DNA of 48,875 nucleotides. It comes from a virus. Position 1 is the stretch's first letter. Each line of letters begins with the position of its first letter. The notes under the pieces were generated by a model that did not search any database, was not told where the DNA came from, and worked only from the letters and a program-made list of their open reading frames with translations. Positions 42,493-48,875 of the stretch are shown here, piece after piece. The stretch is from IMG/VR virus record IMGVR_UViG_3300009537_000023, positions 1 to 48,875 of that record; one strand, 5' to 3'. Made by a program: the position numbers and the translations under genes.

Positions 42493-42708
42493 TTGAACGA
42501 CGAGCAACGTATGAGGATCGAGGAGTACAGATCCGCCTTCAGCTTCGAGGACAACGACAAGCGTGTGGCGGAACAGCGCTACTCGTTAGGCCACTCCTCA
42601 AGCAGACAGCGAGCAATGACAAGGAGGAACAGATCCATCAAGCACGAGAAGCAGTGGCGCACCTCCCAGCAAGAGCGCAGCGTCCTTCGATACAGCACTG
42701 GAGGTTGA
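42493..42708 (+). CDS. hypothetical basic protein (71 aa), TTG start (or ATG 42511)
   Basis: ORF track. GAAAGCGAGG lies 11 nt upstream. I preferred it over the overlapping ORF 42441..42857 for its composition. Confidence 0.4.
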   Translation: MNDEQRMRIEEYRSAFSFEDNDKRVAEQRYSLGHSSSRQRAMTRRNRSIKHEKQWRTSQQERSVLRYSTGG

Positions 42709-42710
42709 CA

Positions 42711-42857
42711 GTGATACGCAGTTTCCTCAATGAGTTCAAGGCACTCCCTCCCCAAGAGAGAATAGCCTACAAACTCATTATGTTCCTTACACGTTTTCTC
42801 AGTCCTCTGGGACTTGAGAGTATCCTCGAAGAAATAGAGGAGGAGTACACACGATGA
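42711..42857 (+). CDS. hypothetical protein (48 aa), GTG start
   Basis: GGAGG lies 6 nt before GTG 42711, directly after the stop of the previous gene. Its stop overlaps the next ATG (ATGA). Confidence 0.35.
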   Translation: MIRSFLNEFKALPPQERIAYKLIMFLTRFLSPLGLESILEEIEEEYTR

Positions 42858-43072
42858 AAACCTTCATGCAGGAACTAAGTGAACGGGGAGAGGGCTTCAT
42901 AGATGACATGGAGAACCGCCTTCAGCAAGTGCGTGACCTTGCGGAGCTCCTCTACAACGACTCTGTACACGATGCGGAGTACGAGCTAGCGGAGGAAGCA
43001 GCACAGACACTTGCGGCCGTCCTTCGTGTTGAGAACTTCGTCCTCGAACACACTCCGCAGTTTGGAGGCTAA
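42854..43072 (+). CDS. hypothetical acidic helical protein (72 aa)
   Basis: ORF track. Confidence 0.5.
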   Translation: MKTFMQELSERGEGFIDDMENRLQQVRDLAELLYNDSVHDAEYELAEEAAQTLAAVLRVENFVLEHTPQFGG

Positions 43073-43174
43073 GGATCATTTCAGAAATCGTGCGCAGAAC
43101 GGAGGGCCAGTTGACTCGCTTTCAGGCCCTCCCTTGTACGCACAGCAGCGTACGGAACGAAAAGTGGAAAGGAG

Positions 43175-43393
43175 GTGAGCAACGGAATGAGCAATACCAG
43201 CACAGTGACCCCGAACGAGCTAGCGGATAGCGTGAACCGCGATCCCAAAGCCGTAAGGGCGTTCCTGCGTGCGAACTTCGGTCGGCCAGCCGATCAGAAG
43301 AACGCAAGGTGGGAAGTTGATGCAAAGACGCAGAAGGCCGTCAAGGATCATTATGCGTCCATCGACAAGGCTAGGAGTGCGAAAGCCTCTTAG
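43175..43393 (+). CDS. small putative DNA-binding protein; paralog family member 3
   Basis: TPNELADSVNRDPKAVRAFLRANFGRPADQKNARWEVDAKTQKAVKDHY. RBS GGAGGTGAG lies upstream. Confidence 0.55.
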   Translation: MSNGMSNTSTVTPNELADSVNRDPKAVRAFLRANFGRPADQKNARWEVDAKTQKAVKDHYASIDKARSAKAS

Positions 43394-43464
43394 CCCATCC
43401 GGGTCTGGGGATCAGAAAGCGAGAGCCTTCAATCCCCAGGCCCCCAACAAAGCGAGAAAGGAAA

Positions 43465-43980
43465 ATGACAGATCAAGGAAAGAAAGACCTGAGAAGGATC
43501 GAACAAGAGTTGATCCGCACTCTGCAACCTGCCTTGAACGTGGCCCATACTCAAGTGCCCCTTGAGGAGTACTTAGACCGTCAGGATCGACTGTACTCCG
43601 CATACGAGAACCTGTTAGAGATTCTCAAGGAGTGCGTGGAGACTGGAACAGCGTTCTGGGGAAACGACGATGAGGACTATCTGAATGTGAGGGCTGAGCA
43701 TGCAGCGGCCTACCATCTTCATGTAGTCAACGGAGACACACAATCCGCCAAAGAGGCCCTTCAAGACAGCCTCTACTGGATGGGGCATGAGGAGAATTGC
43801 CCCGCGGAACAAGAGACCATTGATGAAACAGGCCACTACAAAGATGGAGGGGATCAGAACCCCGAAAGACTGAGCCAGTATCTCCAGCAATGTCACTGCC
43901 AGTCCCTGTACGAGCGTGACCTGCCTGATGAGTTCACCTTGTTCGCTCGGGACTTTTTCCTCTCTGAGGAGGAAGAATGA
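43465..43980 (+). CDS. hypothetical acidic protein (171 aa)
   Basis: ORF track. RBS AAAGGAAAA. Confidence 0.5.
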   Translation: MTDQGKKDLRRIEQELIRTLQPALNVAHTQVPLEEYLDRQDRLYSAYENLLEILKECVETGTAFWGNDDEDYLNVRAEHAAAYHLHVVNGDTQSAKEALQDSLYWMGHEENCPAEQETIDETGHYKDGGDQNPERLSQYLQQCHCQSLYERDLPDEFTLFARDFFLSEEEE

Positions 43981-44174
43981 ACTTTGAGGAACATCTGCCT
44001 CTAGACCCGTCCTGCCCGGACAACCCGCTACAGGACTTCCTAGAGGACCCCATGACAGCCCATTATGGCATGGGGGCGGAAATGAGCCCGCTGATTGAGA
44101 GAAACCACCGCCAGAAGTGCGAACGTTGCCTCAACTACGGACTAGAGAACCTTGAGATACAGGAGGCAATATGA
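43977..44174 (+). CDS. hypothetical protein (65 aa)
   Basis: ORF track. ATGA overlap with the previous gene. Confidence 0.5.
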   Translation: MNFEEHLPLDPSCPDNPLQDFLEDPMTAHYGMGAEMSPLIERNHRQKCERCLNYGLENLEIQEAI

Positions 44175-44452
44175 CCGCTCCAACAATCCTAGACATTGCT
44201 CTCCATTGGGGGGCACAAGAGGATGAAAACGGCGGCATTAATGGCGGGGAGTTCGAGCGTCTGGGCCTACCCATAATGGGAGGCTGTCAGAACTGCGAGG
44301 CCAGTATCGCTGCCTACAATGCCTATCCAGGCCTAAACGGATATCTGCTCGGGGCTGAGTGTGTTGATCCAGAGTCCCCCGCAGAATCGGGAATCTATCC
44401 CACAATTGCCGCATTCGAGACTGACTATCCACAAGAGGAGGTAGGAGAATGA
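44171..44452 (+). CDS. hypothetical acidic protein (93 aa)
   Basis: ORF track. ATGA overlap with the previous gene. Confidence 0.5.
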   Translation: MTAPTILDIALHWGAQEDENGGINGGEFERLGLPIMGGCQNCEASIAAYNAYPGLNGYLLGAECVDPESPAESGIYPTIAAFETDYPQEEVGE

Positions 44453-44604
44453 CAACCCGAGCCGACTACGAACACCACAACGAGGATGCAGATCGCATCT
44501 GGTGGGAGGAAGTGGGAAGACACGAAGAACCTGATGAAGGGATGTCCAAAGAGGACTACATGCAGGCCATGACGGACGACCCCGATCACGAACTCTGGAG
44601 GTAG
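44449..44604 (+). CDS. hypothetical acidic protein (51 aa), below the ORF-track cutoff
   Basis: Translated by hand: MTTRADYEHHNEDADRIWWEEVGRHEEPDEGMSKEDYMQAMTDDPDHELWR. ATGA overlap with the previous gene. It fills the gap exactly up to the RBS of the next gene. Confidence 0.4.
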   Translation: MTTRADYEHHNEDADRIWWEEVGRHEEPDEGMSKEDYMQAMTDDPDHELWR

Positions 44605-44607
44605 ACA

Positions 44608-44940
44608 ATGGATAAGGCCCTCTACGAACGCCTCAACAAGATCGACCGTGACATGGATCTTGTGAGGATGGCTGTCAAGTTCGACCAAGTCCTGAAACCT
44701 TCAGAGGTAACAGAAATCTGGAACGATGCATTCCTCACGAACGTCGTGGTTCCAGTCCTCGAACATGTCAAGACCATATACAGAGGCATGGAGACTGACT
44801 TCCTGACAAAGATCGGAGACCGCCAACAAACCGAGAACAAAGGAGCAACAGCCATCGAGGTCGCAGAGTTCCAGGACCTCCTCAACCGCACCAACGCCAT
44901 CACACGCACAATCCACATTCTTCGGGAGTGGCGAGGATGA
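44608..44940 (+). CDS. hypothetical protein (110 aa)
   Basis: ORF track. RBS GGAGG lies 6 nt upstream. Confidence 0.55.
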   Translation: MDKALYERLNKIDRDMDLVRMAVKFDQVLKPSEVTEIWNDAFLTNVVVPVLEHVKTIYRGMETDFLTKIGDRQQTENKGATAIEVAEFQDLLNRTNAITRTIHILREWRG

Positions 44941-45254
44941 AGTTCGACACGGAGTGGATAGACGGTTACTGGAGATGGGCTCCTCCCAGCAAATCAGCAG
45001 GAAAGCCTATCCGTTGCAGTCATTGTTCAAAGCCCGCCATCTTCAAGGACGTTCAAACAGACCCTCCACGAACCTTCTATAAATGCGAGGATCATGCTCC
45101 ACCACCGCCAATCCCACCAATCCCACCAACCCCGCCGGGGTTCCACGAGCAACGGAAAGAGAAGTGCGACCACATACTCTCAATCTTCCATAACCAAAAC
45201 TGCAACAGAAAGGAGGATAATGCCCAACCCGAAGTATATCCCGAGGATGAATGA
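44937..45254 (+). CDS. Cys- and Pro-rich hypothetical protein (105 aa)
   Basis: ATGA overlap at 44937. CSHCSK...YKCEDH is followed by PPPPIPPIPPTPPG. Confidence 0.45.
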   Translation: MKFDTEWIDGYWRWAPPSKSAGKPIRCSHCSKPAIFKDVQTDPPRTFYKCEDHAPPPPIPPIPPTPPGFHEQRKEKCDHILSIFHNQNCNRKEDNAQPEVYPEDE

Positions 45255-45579
45255 TCCAGAGCTTCTCAACCGAGCGATGGTTCAAGTAAATGTCCGATTA
45301 CCAGTACGGCTTCGAGACCGCATGGAGCGCTATTTGCAAGGCATGGACATGCCTTCCCAAAAGCGGGCTCCCGAAACTGAAGACTGGCCCGACACAATGC
45401 AAGGCCTCGTTGCACAAGCCGTGGACGAGTTCCTGCTGACACACAAGCCAGAAGGAAGGAAAGGCCCTGACGCCAAACCACCGCTGACCAAACAACAGAA
45501 AGCCAAAATCAAGCCGGCTCCCGAGCCTCGCAAGCCCGTAAAGCCCAAACACCCATACAGAACTGATCCCAACGCCTAA
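45220..45579 (+). CDS. ribbon-helix-helix (CopG/Arc-like) DNA-binding protein with a basic Pro/Lys tail
   Basis: RBS AGGAGGATA before ATG 45220. VQVNVRLPVRLRDRMERYLQG fits the RHH beta-strand plus helix pattern. Confidence 0.5.
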   Translation: MPNPKYIPRMNDPELLNRAMVQVNVRLPVRLRDRMERYLQGMDMPSQKRAPETEDWPDTMQGLVAQAVDEFLLTHKPEGRKGPDAKPPLTKQQKAKIKPAPEPRKPVKPKHPYRTDPNA

Positions 45580-45633
45580 CCCCAACCAACACAACCAGCA
45601 CCCGACCAAAATACCCAAGAAAGGAAACAACGA

Positions 45634-45906
45634 ATGGCTGAAACACTCAAGGAGTTCAACTTCGGCAGATTGCGAAGCCGAGGTTCCGACTACACCGCCT
45701 ACATGGACGGACAGATCTGGATGCTGACATCAGAGGATTCACCTTCTGGCACAGCAGCCCTGACCTCGATGCAGACCAGACTGGCCAACATCGCCCGTGA
45801 AATGGGCCTTAACTTCAGGTCCAACATAGCAACCAATCCCGATGATCCAGACCAAGAAGTTCTGGTCATCCAAGCAACAACACCAACAGAAACGGAGGAA
45901 AAATGA
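45634..45906 (+). CDS. hypothetical protein (90 aa)
   Basis: ORF track. RBS AAAGGAAAC. Confidence 0.5.
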   Translation: MAETLKEFNFGRLRSRGSDYTAYMDGQIWMLTSEDSPSGTAALTSMQTRLANIAREMGLNFRSNIATNPDDPDQEVLVIQATTPTETEEK

Positions 45907-46115
45907 ACAACCCGGACCTTATGCATCTGGCTGAGAAAAACCTTGAAAAAGCAGAGTTCCTGCTCAATCAGGTACTACAGCAGCCATTCGCCTACAGAGA
46001 TTGGTTAGGCGAGAACGCTGCCTTTTTTACCAGAGAGAACATCATCCAGTTGGGTCAGGCAAGGGCAAACCTTGCAGTGGCTTATCTGGAACTAGTAGAT
46101 ATGAGGACAAAATGA
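45903..46115 (+). CDS. hypothetical protein (70 aa)
   Basis: ORF track. ATGA overlap with the previous gene. Confidence 0.5.
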   Translation: MNNPDLMHLAEKNLEKAEFLLNQVLQQPFAYRDWLGENAAFFTRENIIQLGQARANLAVAYLELVDMRTK

Positions 46116-46432
46116 CCCAAGGAGTATTCATCAACGGCTCACGCCCAAAGACCAAGAAAGCCCTCAAGGAGCAGATAGACGGCATCAACGTCTTCCTAGA
46201 TCATGGAGGAGACCCAGAATCTCCTACCTCAGCTAAAGACCCATACTCGGTAGTCATCGAGGCTACGAGCCTCTTTGGCAACGAGTTTGACGGCTCTCTT
46301 GCCGAGGCCAGACGACAGTCTCCTCCTCAGAATGGTCCGTTCTACATAGTGGGCCCGGATCCGTATAACTCACGGAAGTGGTATGCCAGCCTTGAGTACG
46401 ACACCTCGAAGCACAAGTGGATCCTCAAGTAA
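46112..46432 (+). CDS. hypothetical protein (106 aa)
   Basis: ATGA overlap at 46112. The longer ORF-track version from 46001 would overlap the previous gene. Confidence 0.5.
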   Translation: MTQGVFINGSRPKTKKALKEQIDGINVFLDHGGDPESPTSAKDPYSVVIEATSLFGNEFDGSLAEARRQSPPQNGPFYIVGPDPYNSRKWYASLEYDTSKHKWILK

Positions 46433-46536
46433 CACAACCAACACAACGAAAAGGAGGAAAAATCAGAGAGCCTGTAGTACCGACCACCTGTGGCTACGCC
46501 CGCAGGGAGATTTGCCTACGTTGTGCGGCACAGAGA

Positions 46537-46578
46537 TTGCTGGAGCAGCTGCGGGGTGCAATCCCGCTGCTCCTGCAA
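46537..46578 (+). terminator. strong stem-loop in a 260-nt intergenic gap (candidate terminator or regulatory hairpin)
   Basis: TTGCTGGAGCAGCTGCGGG gtgcaat CCCGCTGCTCCTGCAA gives about 13-16 paired positions. Only a weak T tract (TTCT) follows. Confidence 0.35.
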
Positions 46579-46627
46579 TTCTAGCACAACAAGGCAAATC
46601 CGGTCAAACAGGCGGGGGATCCTAGAA

Positions 46628-46656
46628 TTGACTAGGCTTACTAGGCTCATTAGACT
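46628..46656 (+). promoter_or_regulatory. sigma70-like promoter TTGACT-17 nt-TAGACT
   Basis: TTGACT at 46628-46633, a spacer containing the direct repeat ACTAGGCT x2, and TAGACT at 46651-46656, about 37 nt before ATG 46693. Confidence 0.4.
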
Positions 46657-46692
46657 GTACTAATCACAAGAAACGCTGAAAGGAGCCACTAA

Positions 46693-46914
46693 ATGGTCAA
46701 AATGACCTACAGTCTATACCAGCACCAGTTCGAGATATTGGCGGAGGTTCTGGCCTTGAGGGAGATAGGTCTAACCCAGCAGTCCAACCAGAAGTTAATA
46801 CGGGCCTTGAAGAAGGACCGGGGAGACTTCTTCGATGCCAAAGAGTTCTGGCAGAAGGTGGCGGAAAAGAAAAAGGAGTACCAGTTACTAGGTCTCGGAG
46901 AAAGTGAGGAGTAA
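46693..46914 (+). CDS. hypothetical protein (73 aa)
   Basis: ORF track. RBS AAAGGAG. Confidence 0.5.
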   Translation: MVKMTYSLYQHQFEILAEVLALREIGLTQQSNQKLIRALKKDRGDFFDAKEFWQKVAEKKKEYQLLGLGESEE

Positions 46915-47150
46915 TGGAGAATTTTGTTATAGGTCTGTTGATAACCAATCTGGTCACTCTGACCATTACCTATAGATATGCCACCAAGGCGGGCATTCTG
47001 ATGGAGTTGATCGAGAAAAGTCCGTCTATTTGCTTCGAGTGCGGGGCCAATCACCAGCGAATAGCTGTTGCGGCATTTGCTCATAGGTTCACCCCTATAA
47101 AGGCCGTGATAGACCCCGGGTACCTCCGGCATGCCCAGGACCAAGAGTGA
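46914..47150 (+). CDS. small protein with an N-terminal TM helix (78 aa)
   Basis: MENFVIGLLITNLVTLTITY. Start and stop codons overlap (TAATG). Confidence 0.45.
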   Translation: MENFVIGLLITNLVTLTITYRYATKAGILMELIEKSPSICFECGANHQRIAVAAFAHRFTPIKAVIDPGYLRHAQDQE

Positions 47151-47179
47151 CCGTCACAAACACCCAGATAGGAGCATAT

Positions 47180-47530
47180 ATGGCCAAAGAAAGCGAGGAG
47201 CATCTCACCTTGACAAGATACCTATCCCTGACCTCGGATGCCCAGTTCATAGCATTGCTGTGGAAAAATAAGGCCGAGTGTACCCGGCGGATAGAAGCCC
47301 ATCCTGAGCATTACCGGGCTATGGATTGGTTCCCTATTGCCACAGGGGAGGTTCCATTTCATGTGCAGGAGGTATGTAATGTGTGCCCCGTTAGGGTTGA
47401 ATGCCTGGCGTATGCCGTCTTTACCCATCAATCCGACGGGATATGGGGAGGAAGATCTGTAAAGTCCATAAAGCGAATCCGAAGAAAGATACAGGCCGCA
47501 ATAAGGAGGCAAAATGTCCGACCGAGATGA
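47180..47530 (+). CDS. whiB: WhiB-like (Wbl) Fe-S transcription factor
   Basis: Four Cys in Wbl spacing (AEC ... VCNVCPVRVEC), followed by the signature GIWGG turn and a basic C-terminal tail (KRIRRKIQAAIRRQ). RBS AGGAG lies 6 nt before ATG 47180. Confidence 0.8.
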   Translation: MAKESEEHLTLTRYLSLTSDAQFIALLWKNKAECTRRIEAHPEHYRAMDWFPIATGEVPFHVQEVCNVCPVRVECLAYAVFTHQSDGIWGGRSVKSIKRIRRKIQAAIRRQNVRPR

Positions 47531-47897
47531 GAAATTCCAAGCCCAGCCAAGAGTGATCCACATTCCTTCAGATGAGGACGTACCGTCTGGTTGGCCGGCT
47601 CTGGAACAGGAGTGGCCATCTGAGAGCAAGAAAGCCCCACTCATTGGACCCACTCAGGACTTTCCACGGGCAGAGGTCATTCGGGGGGAGTTCATGGATA
47701 TGGGTCCAGAGGAGCTTCGGATCTACATGCTCAGAGCGGCTCTGGATCTGACTACAGATGGGTACCACATACTCAAGAGGGCTATTGGGTTCCTGAGGGT
47801 CGTAGCTCCTGATACCTATGACAGGTACAAGGGCCTGTCCGAGAAGGTGTTCGCTATGCTGGAGTCAATTGAGTTCATCTTGGAGGAACAGGAATGA
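47514..47897 (+). CDS. hypothetical protein (127 aa)
   Basis: ORF track. It ends ...LEEQE inside the conserved junction. Confidence 0.5.
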   Translation: MSDRDEKFQAQPRVIHIPSDEDVPSGWPALEQEWPSESKKAPLIGPTQDFPRAEVIRGEFMDMGPEELRIYMLRAALDLTTDGYHILKRAIGFLRVVAPDTYDRYKGLSEKVFAMLESIEFILEEQE

Positions 47898-47899
47898 GC
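47882..47899 (+). repeat. gene-junction repeat, copy 1 (GGAGGAACAGGAATGAGC)
   Basis: It shares GAGGAACAGGAATGAG with the copies at 48359 and 48544, and contains both the stop of one gene and the start of the next. Confidence 0.7.
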
Positions 47900-48352
47900 A
47901 CCTATGACAGCCTTGAAGACACGTTGGCCCACGGAGATCGGGTCAACGAATTAATGCAAGACCTGATAGACGATCTGGTTGTTCGTGGAGAGACACACGA
48001 CCTCTCCAAAACTCATCCGCCCGAGAAGGCCACCTTTGACGAGTACACGCCGAAGCTGAAGCACTCCACCTACGGGTCAGAAGAGTACAAGGGCTTCTTG
48101 AAAGCAATGGGTGAAGCGCTAGAACACCATTACGCCAACAACCGTCACCATCCCGAACATTTCGAGAACGGCATCAACGACATGACCCTTGTTGACCTGA
48201 TCGAGATGCTGGCCGATTGGAAGGCTGCAACTGAGAGACACGACGACGGCTCGCTTCCTCGCAGTTTGGAGATACAGCAGGAACGATTCGGAATCTCAGA
48301 GCAGCTAATCAAGGTTCTCAACAACACGGCGTCGCATTATGGGTGGCTGTGA
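47894..48352 (+). CDS. His-rich putative metal-dependent (HD-like) protein (152 aa)
   Basis: HDLSK...LEHHYANNRHHPEHF...EMLADWKAA has conserved-looking His/Asp clusters. The family assignment comes from memory of uncharacterised phage/Firmicute proteins and was not verified. Confidence 0.45.
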   Translation: MSTYDSLEDTLAHGDRVNELMQDLIDDLVVRGETHDLSKTHPPEKATFDEYTPKLKHSTYGSEEYKGFLKAMGEALEHHYANNRHHPEHFENGINDMTLVDLIEMLADWKAATERHDDGSLPRSLEIQQERFGISEQLIKVLNNTASHYGWL

Positions 48353-48358
48353 TGCCGC

Positions 48359-48382
48359 TCGAAAGCGAGGAACAGGAATGAG
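48359..48382 (+). repeat. gene-junction repeat, copy 2 (TCGAAAGCGAGGAACAGGAATGAG)
   Basis: Its 24 nt are identical to 48544-48567, and it differs from 48777-48799 only around the start codon. Confidence 0.8.
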
Positions 48383-48566
48383 CGACCTGAGTTGGGTGAA
48401 ACGAATCAGTGTTGTGGACGCCATAGACAAGACTCCCGTCAAGGCCATGATGGATAACCCTGGCTGGCACCTACTCCATGTCGGATTAGGTGAGGGCGGG
48501 CAGACAACACTGACGTTTGGGTGGGGCAACAAGCCAGAGATGATCGAAAGCGAGGAACAGGAATGA
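48378..48566 (+). CDS. hypothetical protein (62 aa), ends ...IESEEQE
   Basis: ATG within junction copy 2. I preferred it over the ORF-track start at 48339, which lacks an RBS. Confidence 0.45.
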   Translation: MSDLSWVKRISVVDAIDKTPVKAMMDNPGWHLLHVGLGEGGQTTLTFGWGNKPEMIESEEQE

Positions 48567-48567
48567 G
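48544..48567 (+). repeat. gene-junction repeat, copy 3
   Basis: TCGAAAGCGAGGAACAGGAATGAG. It encodes ESEEQE-stop and the overlapping ATG (ATGA). Confidence 0.8.
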
Positions 48568-48796
48568 GCTGCTACGAGTGACAGAGGACTCCTACCTGGA
48601 CAAGATCAATACCGATACTTGGAAGTTCGAATCGCAGCGGGTCGCCAAGGCTGACGATCTGGTCTACGAATACACTGGCCCGACCTACGGCTGCATTACC
48701 CCGCTCGGGTTGGCCGTCACTAAAGAGCCAGGACAGACGCCGTTCTTTGAGGTTCCACTTTCGCACCTGGTCGCGGTCGAAAGCGAGGAACAGTGA
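48563..48796 (+). CDS. hypothetical protein (77 aa), ends ...VESEEQ
   Basis: ATG within junction copy 3. Its stop lies within copy 4. Confidence 0.45.
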   Translation: MRLLRVTEDSYLDKINTDTWKFESQRVAKADDLVYEYTGPTYGCITPLGLAVTKEPGQTPFFEVPLSHLVAVESEEQ

Positions 48797-48875
48797 GCCG
48801 AACCCACCCAGTATTTACCAAGCCAAGCTCCATAAAGATGCAAGGCATCTGGGTGAAGCACAAGAGAACCCAAGC
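48777..48875. repeat. 99-bp terminal direct repeat (= 1..99); also contains junction repeat copy 4 (TCGAAAGCGAGGAACAGTGAG)
   Basis: Identical to the first 99 nt of the window. Confidence 0.9.

Noticed and set aside
43465-43560. The N-terminus of the 171-aa protein (LRRIEQELIRTLQPALN) resembles the last helix of GIY-YIG nucleases, which would suggest a degraded homing endonuclease.
   Set aside because: Only about 17 residues match. The GIY and YIG strands and the catalytic Arg/Glu are not present upstream in any frame that I could read. The evidence is insufficient.
46537-46578. Possible tRNA: GCGGG-GTGCAAT-CCCGC resembles a T-arm.
   Set aside because: The 7-nt loop lacks the TTC(R)A consensus. 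I could not build an acceptor stem or a D or anticodon arm from the ~75 nt upstream. I kept it only as a hairpin.
46383-46625. 80-aa + strand ORF in the 46.4-46.7 kb gap.
   Set aside because: It overlaps the end of the previous gene in another frame, runs through a strong hairpin, and encodes low-complexity Ser/Thr/Ala/Gly sequence. I treated the region as intergenic, with a hairpin and a promoter.
47882-48875. The repeated TCGAAAGCGAGGAACAG elements as a CRISPR array.
   Set aside because: There are only 3-4 copies, with irregular spacing (about 470, 185 and 233 nt). The repeats overlap the stops and starts of real ORFs, and there are no cas genes. They are gene-junction repeats, not CRISPR.
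1-48875. Prophage or temperate lifestyle features (integrase, attachment site, CI-like repressor).
   Set aside because: I saw no tyrosine or serine recombinase motifs in any frame, and the genome closes on itself without host flanks. The small HTH/RHH proteins alone do not establish lysogeny.

Overview
The window is a complete tailed-phage genome. The first 99 nt (1..99) are identical to the last 99 nt (48777..48875), so the contig closes into a circle of about 48.78 kb, and ORFs run cleanly across the junction. Coding is dense and organised in two arms. The + strand arm runs from ~41.6 kb, through the contig end, to 15.68 kb. It carries many small early genes, a WhiB-like regulator, a primase-polymerase/RepA-like helicase, an SNF2 helicase, a nucleotide-metabolism block, a UDG-fused family A DNA polymerase, a recombination block (Cas4-like exonuclease, Sak4-like ATPase, SSB-like protein, VRR-NUC) and an M15-type endolysin. 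The - strand arm runs from 41.3 kb down to 15.68 kb. It carries the large terminase, five beta-rich structural genes, the portal, small basic proteins, a 1772-aa giant protein, an SLT-domain protein, scaffold, major capsid, a GT-A glycosyltransferase, tail and fibre genes, and membrane/holin genes. The two arms diverge at a repeat-rich control region (41.3-42.5 kb) and converge at 15.68 kb with overlapping stop codons. A WhiB-like Fe-S regulator and long GGAGG-type ribosome-binding sites point to an actinobacterial host. No tail tube, tape measure or sheath gene is recognisable, and an SLT-containing internal protein is present, which suggests a podovirus-like virion. I saw no integrase, tRNA, rRNA or CRISPR array. 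The strongest candidate for new biology is the nucleotide block at 5.8-9.5 kb: TMK-like kinase, MazG-like NTP pyrophosphatase, two tandem divergent thymidylate-synthase-fold proteins with Asp at the base-discriminating position, and dCMP deaminase, immediately followed by and overlapping the UDG-PolA gene at 9321. This block predicts a non-canonical pyrimidine in the virion DNA. Other items worth a second look are a ~430-nt GC-rich ORF-free repeat-bearing segment (42007..42440), a 9-mer (GAAAGCGAG) and a 24-nt gene-junction repeat confined to the early arm, a trio of small paralogous putative DNA-binding proteins, and a 25-aa polybasic micro-ORF coupled to the portal gene. All functional calls come from motif reading by eye. 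No database search was run.
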